Shown piece after piece: positions 6,959-15,145 of a DNA stretch of 24,000 nt; within the stretch, counting starts at the first letter, position 1; each line of letters opens with the position of its first letter. A program made the translations under genes and the position numbers. Source of the stretch: Phycisphaerales bacterium (lineage in GTDB: Bacteria; Planctomycetota; Phycisphaerae; UBA1845); NCBI GenBank assembly GCA_030631415.1, contig DAOVLE010000036.1, forward strand, positions 1 to 24,000, written 5' to 3'. A model generated the notes under the pieces. The model had not been told where the DNA came from. It was given only the letters and a program-made list of their open reading frames with translations, and did no database searches.

Positions 6959-8835
6959 CCGGCGGCAGGAACATGTGTGCGGATGCCTCTGGAGACCAGC
7001 CCGGTGACGCGGTTGAACTTGAAGCCGCTCGGGCTGTTGCCGCTTTTCTCGAAGCCAGAGGGGCTCAACCAGGGCTATCGCCCGAGCGGTTTGCCCCGCA
7101 TGACCCGCAAGCGGCAGCCATGTTCCAGGAGGCGGTTGATGCGCTCGGGCATTTGCCGGCGGCGATGCCATCCGGCAGTCAGTCTGCCGGCAGAGGTAGT
7201 GCCGGCCAGGCTTTCGTCGACCGGCACCAGGCTGACTTCTCCAAAACCGTTTTCCTGGCACCGGGCTCAGGGCCATGCGGGCGCGAGAGCCCGAGCAAGC
7301 CGACCGCATTGCCAACCACCGACTCGATCGAAGGATACCGGCTTCTTTCCGAGATTCATCGCGGCGGGCAGGGAATCGTATACAAAGCCATCCAAAAAGC
7401 CACCAAGCGGACAGTGGCTCTGAAGGTCTTGCGTGAGGGGCCTTTTGCCGGGCCGAGAGAGCGGCTTCGCTTCGAGCGAGAGATCGCCCTGGTCGCCAGC
7501 CTGGAACATCCCAATATCGTGACCATCTACGACAGTGGTGTGGCGACGGGGCAACACTTCTTCGTCATGGAGTATATCCATGGCAAACTCCTCGATCGAT
7601 ATGTTTTCGACAAACAGCTTGGTTTGAGGGAGACACTCCAACTTTTCGAGAAGGTTTGTGCGGCGGTGGCCTACGCTCACCAGCACGGGGTGATCCACCG
7701 CGACCTCAAGCCCGGGAACATCCTCGTCGATGCCAGGGGTGAGCCGCACATCATCGACTTTGGATTGGCCAAGATCGCCGGCCCGGGCTGGGCTGCCGGC
7801 GGCGTGGCTGTGACTGTCACCAGCGAGTTCCTCGGCACGCTGGCTTACGCCTCGCCCGAGCAGACCCTCGGCGACCCGGCGCTGGTGGACATCCGCACGG
7901 ACGTTTACTCGTTGGGTGTAATCCTCTATGAACTGGTCACGGGAAACTTCCCATACCCCGTGGTCGGCAACATGAAGGACATCCTAAAAGCCATCAGCGA
8001 GACACCACCCGAGCCGCCCAGTTCATGGCATCGACGGTCTCGCCGCGAATCGGCCAGCCGGAAGGCGATCCCGCATCGGATCAACGATGAACTCGATACG
8101 ATCATTCTCAAAGCCCTGGCCAAGGCGAAAGAACGCCGCTACTCGTCGGCTGAGGAGTTGCGTCGTGACCTTGCACACTATTTGCAGGGAGAAAGCATCG
8201 AAGCCAAACGGGACAGCGCCTGGTACGTCCTTCGCAAACTCGCCCGCCGCAACATCTATGCCACGGCGACGGTGATAAGCCTGCTGGTTATCCTCTGCAG
8301 CTCTACCTACATCAGCTTCGACTTCTACCGCCAGACACGAGAAGCCCTAGACCAAAGAGAAACAAGCTACAAGGAGCTGGCTAAAAATAACAAAGACCTC
8401 AGCCGCATAATCAATGGCACGCATTCGATGGTCCGCTATCGGGCCTTGAGTGGGTTCCTCTCAGCCTGGCGTGCCGACAGTTTGGGACGGGCCCAGAAAA
8501 GCCTTGAACGAGTGACCGGGCCGCTGACGCCTGAGAAGGCGGTTATCCTCTTCCTGCTGGACGAGCAATATACGCTGGAACAGCTCATTGCCGACCTGCC
8601 GGAGGGTGATATCGCTCTGGCGTATTTTGCCGCCGGGGAGCGGCATTGCAAAGCCGGGCGGGCCTCGGAAGCCATCCGTGCATTCAAGACTGCCATCAAC
8701 TCAAAAGGCGACCGCTGGACAAAATCCGTGTGCCAGGCACGCTTGCTCGAGCTTCGCAGGCGGGCTGATAACCAAAGAGCCATTGAGGATAAGAACCATG
8801 AACTCGACAAGGCAACAATCTCCACCCCGGACTGA
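6955..8835 (+). CDS. Membrane Ser/Thr protein kinase with C-terminal extracytoplasmic helical/TPR-like domain
   Basis: TTG 6955 overlaps the sigma TGA (TTGA); alternative start ATG 6973. Hanks motifs: GGQGIVYKA, VALKVL, HRDLKPGNIL, DFGLAK, GTLAYASPEQ. One TM helix IYATATVISLLVILCSSTYISF, then about 190 aa of helical domain. Confidence 0.9.
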   Translation: MTGGRNMCADASGDQPGDAVELEAARAVAAFLEARGAQPGLSPERFAPHDPQAAAMFQEAVDALGHLPAAMPSGSQSAGRGSAGQAFVDRHQADFSKTVFLAPGSGPCGRESPSKPTALPTTDSIEGYRLLSEIHRGGQGIVYKAIQKATKRTVALKVLREGPFAGPRERLRFEREIALVASLEHPNIVTIYDSGVATGQHFFVMEYIHGKLLDRYVFDKQLGLRETLQLFEKVCAAVAYAHQHGVIHRDLKPGNILVDARGEPHIIDFGLAKIAGPGWAAGGVAVTVTSEFLGTLAYASPEQTLGDPALVDIRTDVYSLGVILYELVTGNFPYPVVGNMKDILKAISETPPEPPSSWHRRSRRESASRKAIPHRINDELDTIILKALAKAKERRYSSAEELRRDLAHYLQGESIEAKRDSAWYVLRKLARRNIYATATVISLLVILCSSTYISFDFYRQTREALDQRETSYKELAKNNKDLSRIINGTHSMVRYRALSGFLSAWRADSLGRAQKSLERVTGPLTPEKAVILFLLDEQYTLEQLIADLPEGDIALAYFAAGERHCKAGRASEAIRAFKTAINSKGDRWTKSVCQARLLELRRRADNQRAIEDKNHELDKATISTPD

Positions 8836-8864
8836 GAATGACTCTACAGGGGCTGTCGAATCCT

Positions 8865-8921
8865 GTAGGGCGGGTTTCACCCGCCTTCGTGGCACTGGGT
8901 GGCGGGTGGAACCCGCCCTAC
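8865..8921. repeat. Family-A REPIN-like inverted doublet
   Basis: GTAGGGCGGGTTTCACCCGCC (8865-8885), 15-nt spacer, GGCGGGTGGAACCCGCCCTAC (8901-8921). Confidence 0.9.
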
Positions 8922-9748
8922 ATCTTCCGGCAAACGGGGTAGGACACCCATGGCACCGCCGACTTGGTGTCGCATCTTGCCTTGGTGGATTCACGCTGGT
9001 GGAACTGCTGGTGGTGGTGGCGATCCTCGCCCTGCTGATTGCGGTCCTGCTGCCCAGTCTGCGCAAAGCCCGGCAGCAATCGAAGTTGGTCGTTTGTCAA
9101 TCCAATCTGAGGCAAATTGCGGTGGGTTGGCAGAACTACCTCATCGAGCATCAGGGAGCCTTTCTCCAAGGCATAAACGTCCGGCTCAGCTATGGCGGCC
9201 GACAGGGCACTGCCGAGTCATTCGGCGGCAACCCGGACAAGCCCAAACCAAAACCGCTCAATCCGCACCTCAGCCTGCCCCTGGTGATCAGGGACGATGC
9301 CGAAGTGTTCCACTGCCCTTCCGACCGGGGCAGCCCCTACGCCGGGCCTACGCACTTCGACTACTACGGGACCAGCTATCACACCAACGTCATGCTCGTC
9401 GGCCAGAACAAAATCCAGTTCAACCCCTTTACCGACCCGTGCAGGTACGTGCTTAATAAAGTGAACAGGCGGCTTTCGGGGATAAGGCGTTCGCAGATCG
9501 GCAATGAAAGCCGGCTGATTCTGCTCGGCGACCACGGCTGGTACAATGAATGGGGCCGCGGCACCAACTACGTGATCGAATGGCACCACCATCGGGCCAC
9601 TCACAACGTTGCTTTTATGGACGGGCACGTCAGCTTTATGCGCATCCACAAGGGCGTGCATGTGACACCGGAGTACGTGGTCATCCCGTTCAAGGATTTA
9701 GCCGACGAGGCTTGCCAGTGCCAACCGGACGTGTATGATGGGCTGTAA
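8906..9748 (+). CDS. Prepilin-type N-terminal cleavage/methylation domain protein, DUF1559 / H-X9-DG family (type II pseudopilin-like)
   Basis: GG|FTLVELLVVVAILALLIAVLLPSLRKARQQSK is a class III signal plus the hydrophobic pilin helix. The C-terminal H-RATHNVAFM-DG fits the H-X9-DG signature typical of Planctomycetota DUF1559 proteins. Start is uncertain: the only in-frame ATG/GTG/TTG upstream of the G|F site and downstream of the kinase gene is GTG 8906, inside the REPIN arm. The ORF-track start at 8588 overlaps the kinase gene and is rejected. Confidence 0.8.
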   Translation: MEPALHLPANGVGHPWHRRLGVASCLGGFTLVELLVVVAILALLIAVLLPSLRKARQQSKLVVCQSNLRQIAVGWQNYLIEHQGAFLQGINVRLSYGGRQGTAESFGGNPDKPKPKPLNPHLSLPLVIRDDAEVFHCPSDRGSPYAGPTHFDYYGTSYHTNVMLVGQNKIQFNPFTDPCRYVLNKVNRRLSGIRRSQIGNESRLILLGDHGWYNEWGRGTNYVIEWHHHRATHNVAFMDGHVSFMRIHKGVHVTPEYVVIPFKDLADEACQCQPDVYDGL

Positions 9749-9779
9749 GGTGTTTACTATGGCGACGGGCGATGTGTGT

Positions 9780-9829
9780 GGGTGCCCCACTCCGTTTCGT
9801 CGGTCCGGGCGGGTGGCCCACCGCTTTAG
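9780..9829 (+). repeat. Family-C unit (9780-9808) fused to a truncated family-B unit (9811-9829)
   Basis: gggtgccccactccgtttcgtcggtccgg matches gggtgccccaccccgtttcgtcggtccgg at 14902-14930. gggtggcccaccgctttag equals the first half of family B. Confidence 0.75.
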
Positions 9830-9865
9830 GGGTTGTCGATTTAGTCGTTCGGAGCGACCCCCAAT

Positions 9866-9928
9866 GTAGCGTCACCCCTTGTGGGTGACGAGAAACGAGG
9901 GTGCGCCGCCCACAAGGGGCGACGCTAC
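9866..9928. repeat. Family-D GTAG-headed REPIN-like doublet
   Basis: GTAG-CGTCACCC-CTTGT-GGGTGACG (9866-9890) and its inverted partner CGCCGCCCACAAGGGGCGACGCTAC (9904-9928). The arms are reverse complements with about 1-2 mismatches. Confidence 0.8.
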
Positions 9929-9938
9929 AGTTCGAGTT

Positions 9939-10026
9939 GTAGGGCGGGTTCCACCCGCCTTCTCGGCACCGGCGGGTGGAACCCGCCCTACAAAGGCGCG
10001 GGATGGCCGGGTGGAACCCGCCCTAC
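9939..10026. repeat. Family-A REPIN-like doublet plus an extra right arm
   Basis: GTAGGGCGGGTTCCACCCGCC (9939-9959), GGCGGGTGGAACCCGCCCTAC (9971-9991), GCCGGGTGGAACCCGCCCTAC (10006-10026). Both right arms are followed by AAAGG. Confidence 0.9.
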
Positions 10027-10042
10027 AAAGGAAAGGAAAGTC

Positions 10043-12202
10043 ATGCAATTCTCCAACAAGCTACTGGGCGTGCTCGTCCTGACGAGCGTGGTATTCACGG
10101 CAGCCGGCGTGGCCCAAAGCCAGACGGTGTTGTACGTCGATGACAGCAGCACCAACGGCCTTGACGACGGCTCGGATTGGGGCAACGCATTTGTCCACTT
10201 GCAGGACGCGCTGGCCTGTGCCGGCACCAACGGCGAGGTCGAGGAAATCCGCGTGGCTCAAGGGCTTTACAAACCCGATCAGGGAGCCGCCCAGCCGCCC
10301 GGCGATCGGGAAGCCAGCTTCCACCTGCTCGACGGCGTAGCCATCAAAGGCGGCTACGGCGCCCCCGCCCCCGATCTGCGCGATGTCGATAGCAATGCAA
10401 GCATCCTCAGCGGCGATCTGAGCGATAACGACGCCGACAGCAACGGCTGCGAGGAAAACAGCTACCACGTGGTGACCGGCAGTGACACCGAGTCCACGGC
10501 GGTGCTGGACGGCTTCACTATTACTGCCGGCTATGCCGATGGAGTCGCGGCGAACGCGGATGTCGGTGGGGGGATGTTTACGCTCTCGGGCGATCCGACA
10601 GTGATCGATTGCACATTCCGCGACAACTTTGCGGTGGGTGATGGTGGTGGCATGTGGCACTGGGGCGGATGCCCCACCATTCGGAATTGCACCTTTCGCA
10701 ACAACCACGCCGTGACAAACGGCGGCGGGATGTATTTCGTGGGAGACAGCCCCCAGGAGGTGGAGATTTCCGATTGCCTGTTCATGGAAAACTCTGCCGG
10801 CTTCTACGGTGGCGGCGGCCTGGTGGGCTCCGACAATGGGACACTGATTAACTGCAAGTTCGTGAGGAATTTGGCCGCGCACCGCGGTGGCGGCATTCAC
10901 GTCAGCGGTGCGACCATAACCGATGATCGCGGGCTAAAGGTAACCAACTGCACGTTTGTGGGCAATGTGGTCAGTGGTACTGGCTATCAGGATGGTGGCG
11001 GAGCGTTAAATCAGATGTATGGCAGACCTGCCCTGGTTACGAATTGCACGTTCTACGGCAATTCGTCGGGCAACAAGGGCGGGGCAGTGTACAACCTCGG
11101 CAGTGCCACTTGGCCATTTTACAACTGTATCTTCTGGGGCAACACGGCACCTATGGGGCCGCAAATCGCCGCCGCGGACGCCGGCAGGGATCCGGAACTG
11201 GTAGTGGTATCTCATTGCAACATTCAGGGTGGCCAGGAGAACATCTTTCTCCTTGACGTTCCGCTCATCTGGGAGGACAACAACATCGATGTCGACCCGC
11301 TTCTGACGCCTGATGGGCATCTGCGGGCGGGGTCGCCGTGTGTCAACGCCGGCAGTAATGGGTTCTTGCCTGCGGACACTATAGACCTCGATGGGGATGG
11401 CAACACCACCGAGACAGTCCCCTTTGATCTCGACGGGGATGACCGTGTCATTGACGGGTGGGTGGATATGGGGGCTGACGAATTCTTCGACAGCGACAGT
11501 AACGGCCTGCCCGACTGGTGGGAGGGTGTCTACTTCTCATCAACCCGCGGGGTGGATCCCGACGGCGATGACGATGGGGATGGGTTGACCAATCTGGACG
11601 AGTACGCGTGGTACGGCAGCAACCCGGCTGCACCGCCTTACTATGTTGACGCAAACGGGGATGATGCCTGGGATGGTTTGGGGCCGTTCTACGATCCGGT
11701 CACGAGCAATGGGCCTAAGCGTACGATTCAGGCGGCTATCGATGCGGCTGGGGACGGCGATACCGTGTTGGTGATCGCCGAGGCCGGCACCACCTACGCC
11801 GGTGTCGGCAACTTCGAGTTGGACTTCGGCGGCAAAGCGTTGGCTGTGCGCAAGTGTGACGTGCCGGGTATCTGTGACGATCCCGGGGTGGCCACCATCG
11901 ACTGTGGCGGAGCTGGTCGGGTGGCTGACGTCGATTCGATCGAGGGGGTATTCACGGTGCTGGAGGGGTTCACCATCACCGGCGGGCAGGCTGACATCGG
12001 CGGCGGGGTCCGGGCTTGGCATTCCCGGTTAGCCCTCAAGGATTGTCTGCTGACCGGCAACTCCGCGACGGCTGAGGGCGGCGGATTTCACATAGAGGCC
12101 GGCACTCCAACGCTCAGCAGTGTCTCGACCCGGACAGCTTCATCGCCGGCACCATCACCGTCCACGGTGCCCTGGTCCTGCGCGACCACGCCAGAATCCT
12201 GA
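10043..12202 (+). CDS. Giant secreted right-handed beta-helix protein, N-terminal fragment (reading frame lost near 12115-12125)
   Basis: ATG 10043 follows AAGGAAAGGAAAG. Signal peptide MQFSNKLLGVLVLTSVVFTAAGVAQS. LYVDDSSTNGLDDGSDWGNAFVHLQDAL...RVAQGLYKP opening typical of pectate-lyase-like/'choice-of-anchor' beta-helix proteins. Repeated NCTF..N....GGG(M/I) rungs. Ca-binding D-x-D-x-DG stretches: DLDGDGNT, DLDGDDRV, DPDGDDDGDGLTNLDEY. A second beta-helix starts near YYVDANGDD. The last ~25 codons (VSTRTASSPAPSPSTVPWSCATTPES) look out of frame. Confidence 0.8.
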   Translation: MQFSNKLLGVLVLTSVVFTAAGVAQSQTVLYVDDSSTNGLDDGSDWGNAFVHLQDALACAGTNGEVEEIRVAQGLYKPDQGAAQPPGDREASFHLLDGVAIKGGYGAPAPDLRDVDSNASILSGDLSDNDADSNGCEENSYHVVTGSDTESTAVLDGFTITAGYADGVAANADVGGGMFTLSGDPTVIDCTFRDNFAVGDGGGMWHWGGCPTIRNCTFRNNHAVTNGGGMYFVGDSPQEVEISDCLFMENSAGFYGGGGLVGSDNGTLINCKFVRNLAAHRGGGIHVSGATITDDRGLKVTNCTFVGNVVSGTGYQDGGGALNQMYGRPALVTNCTFYGNSSGNKGGAVYNLGSATWPFYNCIFWGNTAPMGPQIAAADAGRDPELVVVSHCNIQGGQENIFLLDVPLIWEDNNIDVDPLLTPDGHLRAGSPCVNAGSNGFLPADTIDLDGDGNTTETVPFDLDGDDRVIDGWVDMGADEFFDSDSNGLPDWWEGVYFSSTRGVDPDGDDDGDGLTNLDEYAWYGSNPAAPPYYVDANGDDAWDGLGPFYDPVTSNGPKRTIQAAIDAAGDGDTVLVIAEAGTTYAGVGNFELDFGGKALAVRKCDVPGICDDPGVATIDCGGAGRVADVDSIEGVFTVLEGFTITGGQADIGGGVRAWHSRLALKDCLLTGNSATAEGGGFHIEAGTPTLSSVSTRTASSPAPSPSTVPWSCATTPES

Positions 12203-12240
12203 ACACCAACATCAACATCAAGCTGGCTGACTTCGAGGGC

Positions 12241-14898
12241 GTGGACGAAATCCGCAACAACAACATAGGCCTATTGGAGACCAGTGCCGGGTTTGGCGGC
12301 GAGTTCTTCGTCACCGGCGAAGCCATCGTCGAGTGCAACAAGATCGTCTCGGAGGGCGACCGCTACCTGGACATCGACCCCGATCCCCACGCCGAACCCA
12401 GGCCGACGGTTCGCAACAACTGGATCACCGTCATCATCAAGCAGGGCGTCCGGAGCAATCGGGGGACATTGCTCGAACTACGCGCGCAGGACTTTGACTG
12501 TGACCCGAACGTCGACAGCAACGGCTGTCCCCCGGGCATGTATCAGGTGTTCGGCAGCCCGGCCAACGACAGCCGCATCGTCGATGTGCCTCTGATGGGT
12601 TTCTCGTTGGTGGTTATTGCCATGGAGGACGACGACGAGTTCAACGTCCGCATACGCACCCGCCTGCGCGATCCGGAGGACGAGCAGCCCGAACCCCCCG
12701 AGCCGCCACTGGAAGGCTCGATCACCCGCGAGGAAGGCCTGATGCCCATGGGCTCCGCTAACGGAGTGATGGACATGCAGACGCTGACTGCCGGCTCGGT
12801 GGCAGCCAAGGGGGTTTTCGCTCGGGCCGGTGCCGAAAAAGTTGTTGTGGCGTTTGAGTACCTCTTTGTCGATAATCCCGAGGCGGAGTTGATCGTCTAC
12901 CTGAGCGACGATCCCGAGGTCAGCGAGAACCTGGTGCAACTAGCCCGAATCCGCCCGCCGGCGCACGGCCCCGGCTCGATCGGCAGCGGCAAGTGGGCCT
13001 TGTTCTACGGCATGTTCCCGAAGGAGTGGCTCAACTTCACCCGGGGCACGTATGTCGAGTTGGAACTGCGCGGAGCCGGCTCGCGGGTTTGGATCGACAA
13101 TTTCGACCCGCAGATCAACTGCGAGGGTTATCAATGCGCCGACTTCGCCGAGCCTCCCGGTTTGGATGATAGGGACTTTTTGGTTCTGTTGGCTGAGTGC
13201 GGTCGATCGTTCGATCCCTTCGGTGCGGACTCACAGAAGTGGTGCTTGGATAGCCGGGTCAGTTGGGATCAGTACATCGACCTAAGCGACATCTTTCCCT
13301 GGGACACGTTCTTGAACGGCACCGGCTTAAATGCTTGCGGGCCGGGGTTCGGAGATGGCTGGCGGGGGCATTCCACCACTGGCAATGGAATACCCGTGAC
13401 GCTACCCTCAACCGATACGCTGGTCATTGCCGGCAAACCCAGCGAGGTGGGCGTGCAGCGAGATTACCTGTACACCTTCGCTGCCAACGGAACCTGCCTC
13501 GGCGATGATCCGCTGAACCCAGCCAGTGAGCCGCACGCGGATCGAGGTTTCCGCTCCAACGGTCGATTGGTGAAAGACGGTTCGGGCAGGGTGTGCCAGA
13601 TCCACGGCACCCAGGGCCTGATTCGGCTGGATACCGCTCAGGTGGTGATCCCACCGACAAGCCTTGCCGACGAGGACCACACGGTCTACATCGGCGTCAC
13701 TCCGACTGGGGACGGCAATTTTGCCGGGGTGCCCATGTTGGACGTGGCGTTTCATCCGGCAGATGATAACATTGCCTATGTAGTCCCCGTGTTGGTTGTG
13801 CCTGATGAATACTACACCAACCCTGACCAACAAATTTGCCCCTACAAATCCGCAGCCAAGCTTGCCCTCCAGGAGCAGCCCGACGGTAGCTACATAGTTA
13901 GCCTTGAGCAACTTTACGGCATAGACCCGGCGGAGGATGCGTGCGTGACTGTGGACGAGTTTCTCGATTGTGAGTTCATTTCGTGGAACCCCGACATCCA
14001 TCGCATGCGTGAGATTGAAATCGACGCGAGCGGCAAGAACCTGTTTGTCCTGAGCGCCCAGGCTCTTCACGAGAATAACGATTGGTTGTTGGTCTTCGAC
14101 GAAGCCACCGCCACCGAGCTGCGGATTTCGGCAGGCGGCACGTTCCCACAGCCCACATCCACGTCATGCCCGGACGCCACCGGGGATGGCGTCGAGTTGC
14201 CTGAGGCCCCCACGGCCATGTTGTTCTCAGAGTGTGATGGCAACAAGCTTTATATGACGTCATCGACAAATGGATTAGATCCGTACGATGTCCACAGCGA
14301 AATCTCGGTCTTCAACGTCAACTACAATGGCAACGGCAGCGTAACTGGCGTCATGTTGGATGATGTGATCGACATCAACTACAACGATACGACCACCAAC
14401 GGCCTCGGTCTGGGGCATATGGCGATCATCACGGCGATAGAGCAGCATCCGGTCGACTGTAGGTTGTATGTGACGGGCTTTACCGCCCCGAAAGTTGACC
14501 CCGAGCTTAGTTATAATGCTTCACCTTCGTCGTCATGGGGGCAACTCTTCGACCCGGGGGCATCGATTTTCACCACGCCAACCTTGGCCATCGTGCCGAT
14601 TGGGCAGAGTTCGGCGACGGCTCGGCGGATTGCGTGCCACGAGTTGGCGTTGCCGCTCTCGGCTGTTTTCAGCGGATCGGGCGAATGCGAGGTTTCGGGC
14701 GACTTTAACACCAACGGTAACGTGGACCTCTGCGACTTCGCCGCCTTCCAGGGTTGTTTCAACGGCGAAGTCGGCTTGGCAAACAACATGTGCCGCAATA
14801 CTTTCGACGCTGATTGCGATGGTGACGTTGATCTGGGCGATCTCAAGGCTTTGGAAGCTATGCTTACCGGGCCAACAGCCGATCGCAATAAGCCGTAG
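12241..14898 (+). CDS. C-terminal fragment of the same giant surface protein, ending in a dockerin/EF-hand-like module
   Basis: This frame is open back to 12076 and reads plausible protein from about 12120 (CLDPDSFIAGTITVHGALVLRDHARILNTNINI...). The C-terminus GDFNTNGNVDLCDFAAFQGCF...DADCDGDVDLGDLKALEAML is a duplicated dockerin-type Ca-binding loop-helix. The central ~800 aa have no domain I can name. The TAG stop (14896-14898) lies in a GTAG repeat head. Confidence 0.75.
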   Translation: MDEIRNNNIGLLETSAGFGGEFFVTGEAIVECNKIVSEGDRYLDIDPDPHAEPRPTVRNNWITVIIKQGVRSNRGTLLELRAQDFDCDPNVDSNGCPPGMYQVFGSPANDSRIVDVPLMGFSLVVIAMEDDDEFNVRIRTRLRDPEDEQPEPPEPPLEGSITREEGLMPMGSANGVMDMQTLTAGSVAAKGVFARAGAEKVVVAFEYLFVDNPEAELIVYLSDDPEVSENLVQLARIRPPAHGPGSIGSGKWALFYGMFPKEWLNFTRGTYVELELRGAGSRVWIDNFDPQINCEGYQCADFAEPPGLDDRDFLVLLAECGRSFDPFGADSQKWCLDSRVSWDQYIDLSDIFPWDTFLNGTGLNACGPGFGDGWRGHSTTGNGIPVTLPSTDTLVIAGKPSEVGVQRDYLYTFAANGTCLGDDPLNPASEPHADRGFRSNGRLVKDGSGRVCQIHGTQGLIRLDTAQVVIPPTSLADEDHTVYIGVTPTGDGNFAGVPMLDVAFHPADDNIAYVVPVLVVPDEYYTNPDQQICPYKSAAKLALQEQPDGSYIVSLEQLYGIDPAEDACVTVDEFLDCEFISWNPDIHRMREIEIDASGKNLFVLSAQALHENNDWLLVFDEATATELRISAGGTFPQPTSTSCPDATGDGVELPEAPTAMLFSECDGNKLYMTSSTNGLDPYDVHSEISVFNVNYNGNGSVTGVMLDDVIDINYNDTTTNGLGLGHMAIITAIEQHPVDCRLYVTGFTAPKVDPELSYNASPSSSWGQLFDPGASIFTTPTLAIVPIGQSSATARRIACHELALPLSAVFSGSGECEVSGDFNTNGNVDLCDFAAFQGCFNGEVGLANNMCRNTFDADCDGDVDLGDLKALEAMLTGPTADRNKP

Positions 14899-14989
14899 GG
14901 CGGGTGCCCCACCCCGTTTCGTCGGTCCGGAGGACCGGCGAACGGGGTGGGGGACGGAGGGCCGCTCCCTTACGGTCGCGGTACTGATT
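14895..14989 (+). repeat. Composite repeat: GTAG head + family-C hairpin (14907-14953) + family E (14951-14989)
   Basis: GTAGGGCGGGTGCCCC. Then ccccaccccgtttcgtcggtcc / ggaccggcgaacggggtgggg, an imperfect palindrome. Then GGGACGGAGGGCCGCTCCCTTACGGTCGCGGTACTGATT, the same unit as at 2657-2695. Confidence 0.8.
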
Positions 14990-15018
14990 GGGCGGCACTG
15001 ATTGGGCGGCACTGATTG
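14983..15018 (+). repeat. Tandem 14-mer (ACTGATTGGGCGGC)x2 plus a partial unit
   Basis: Units at 14983-14996 and 14997-15010, then ACTGATTG at 15011-15018. Confidence 0.9.
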
Positions 15019-15030
15019 ATTCGAGTCAGT

Positions 15031-15086
15031 CCCCCACCCCGTCCGGTTGCCTGCTACGCAGGCAGCCGGAACGGGGTGGGGCACCC
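15031..15086. repeat. Family-C-related palindrome (reverse orientation)
   Basis: cccccaccccgtccggttgcctgc-tac-gcaggcagccggaacggggtgggg. The tail ggggtggggcacccac is the reverse complement of the family-C head gtgggtgccccacYcc. Confidence 0.7.
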
Positions 15087-15145
15087 ACTTAACCCCACAG
15101 CGCAAAGTCACTTGTAGCGAAGTCGTCGAGGCCCATGTCACAGTA

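Noticed and set aside
8588-8905. 5' extensions of ORF-track models through repeats: 8588 for the pilin-like gene, 9881 for the giant gene, 20214 for bamD-like, 22943 for CPBP, 6254 for sigma, 360 for mraZ
   Set aside because: Each extension either overlaps the upstream gene or reads straight through a REPIN (recurring 'RVEPAL'/'CRAGSTRL' peptides). Better starts with SD-like sequences or signal peptides lie downstream.
10061-10900. 279-aa minus-strand ORF; similar cases at 13408-14070, 11540-12022 and 12478-12939
   Set aside because: Antisense to the giant beta-helix gene. No start context and no motifs.
12100-12130. Programmed -1 ribosomal frameshift in the giant gene
   Set aside because: No slippery X XXY YYZ heptamer or obvious downstream pseudoknot at the junction. 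A mutation or a base-calling/assembly indel is more parsimonious. The frame change itself is kept as a finding.
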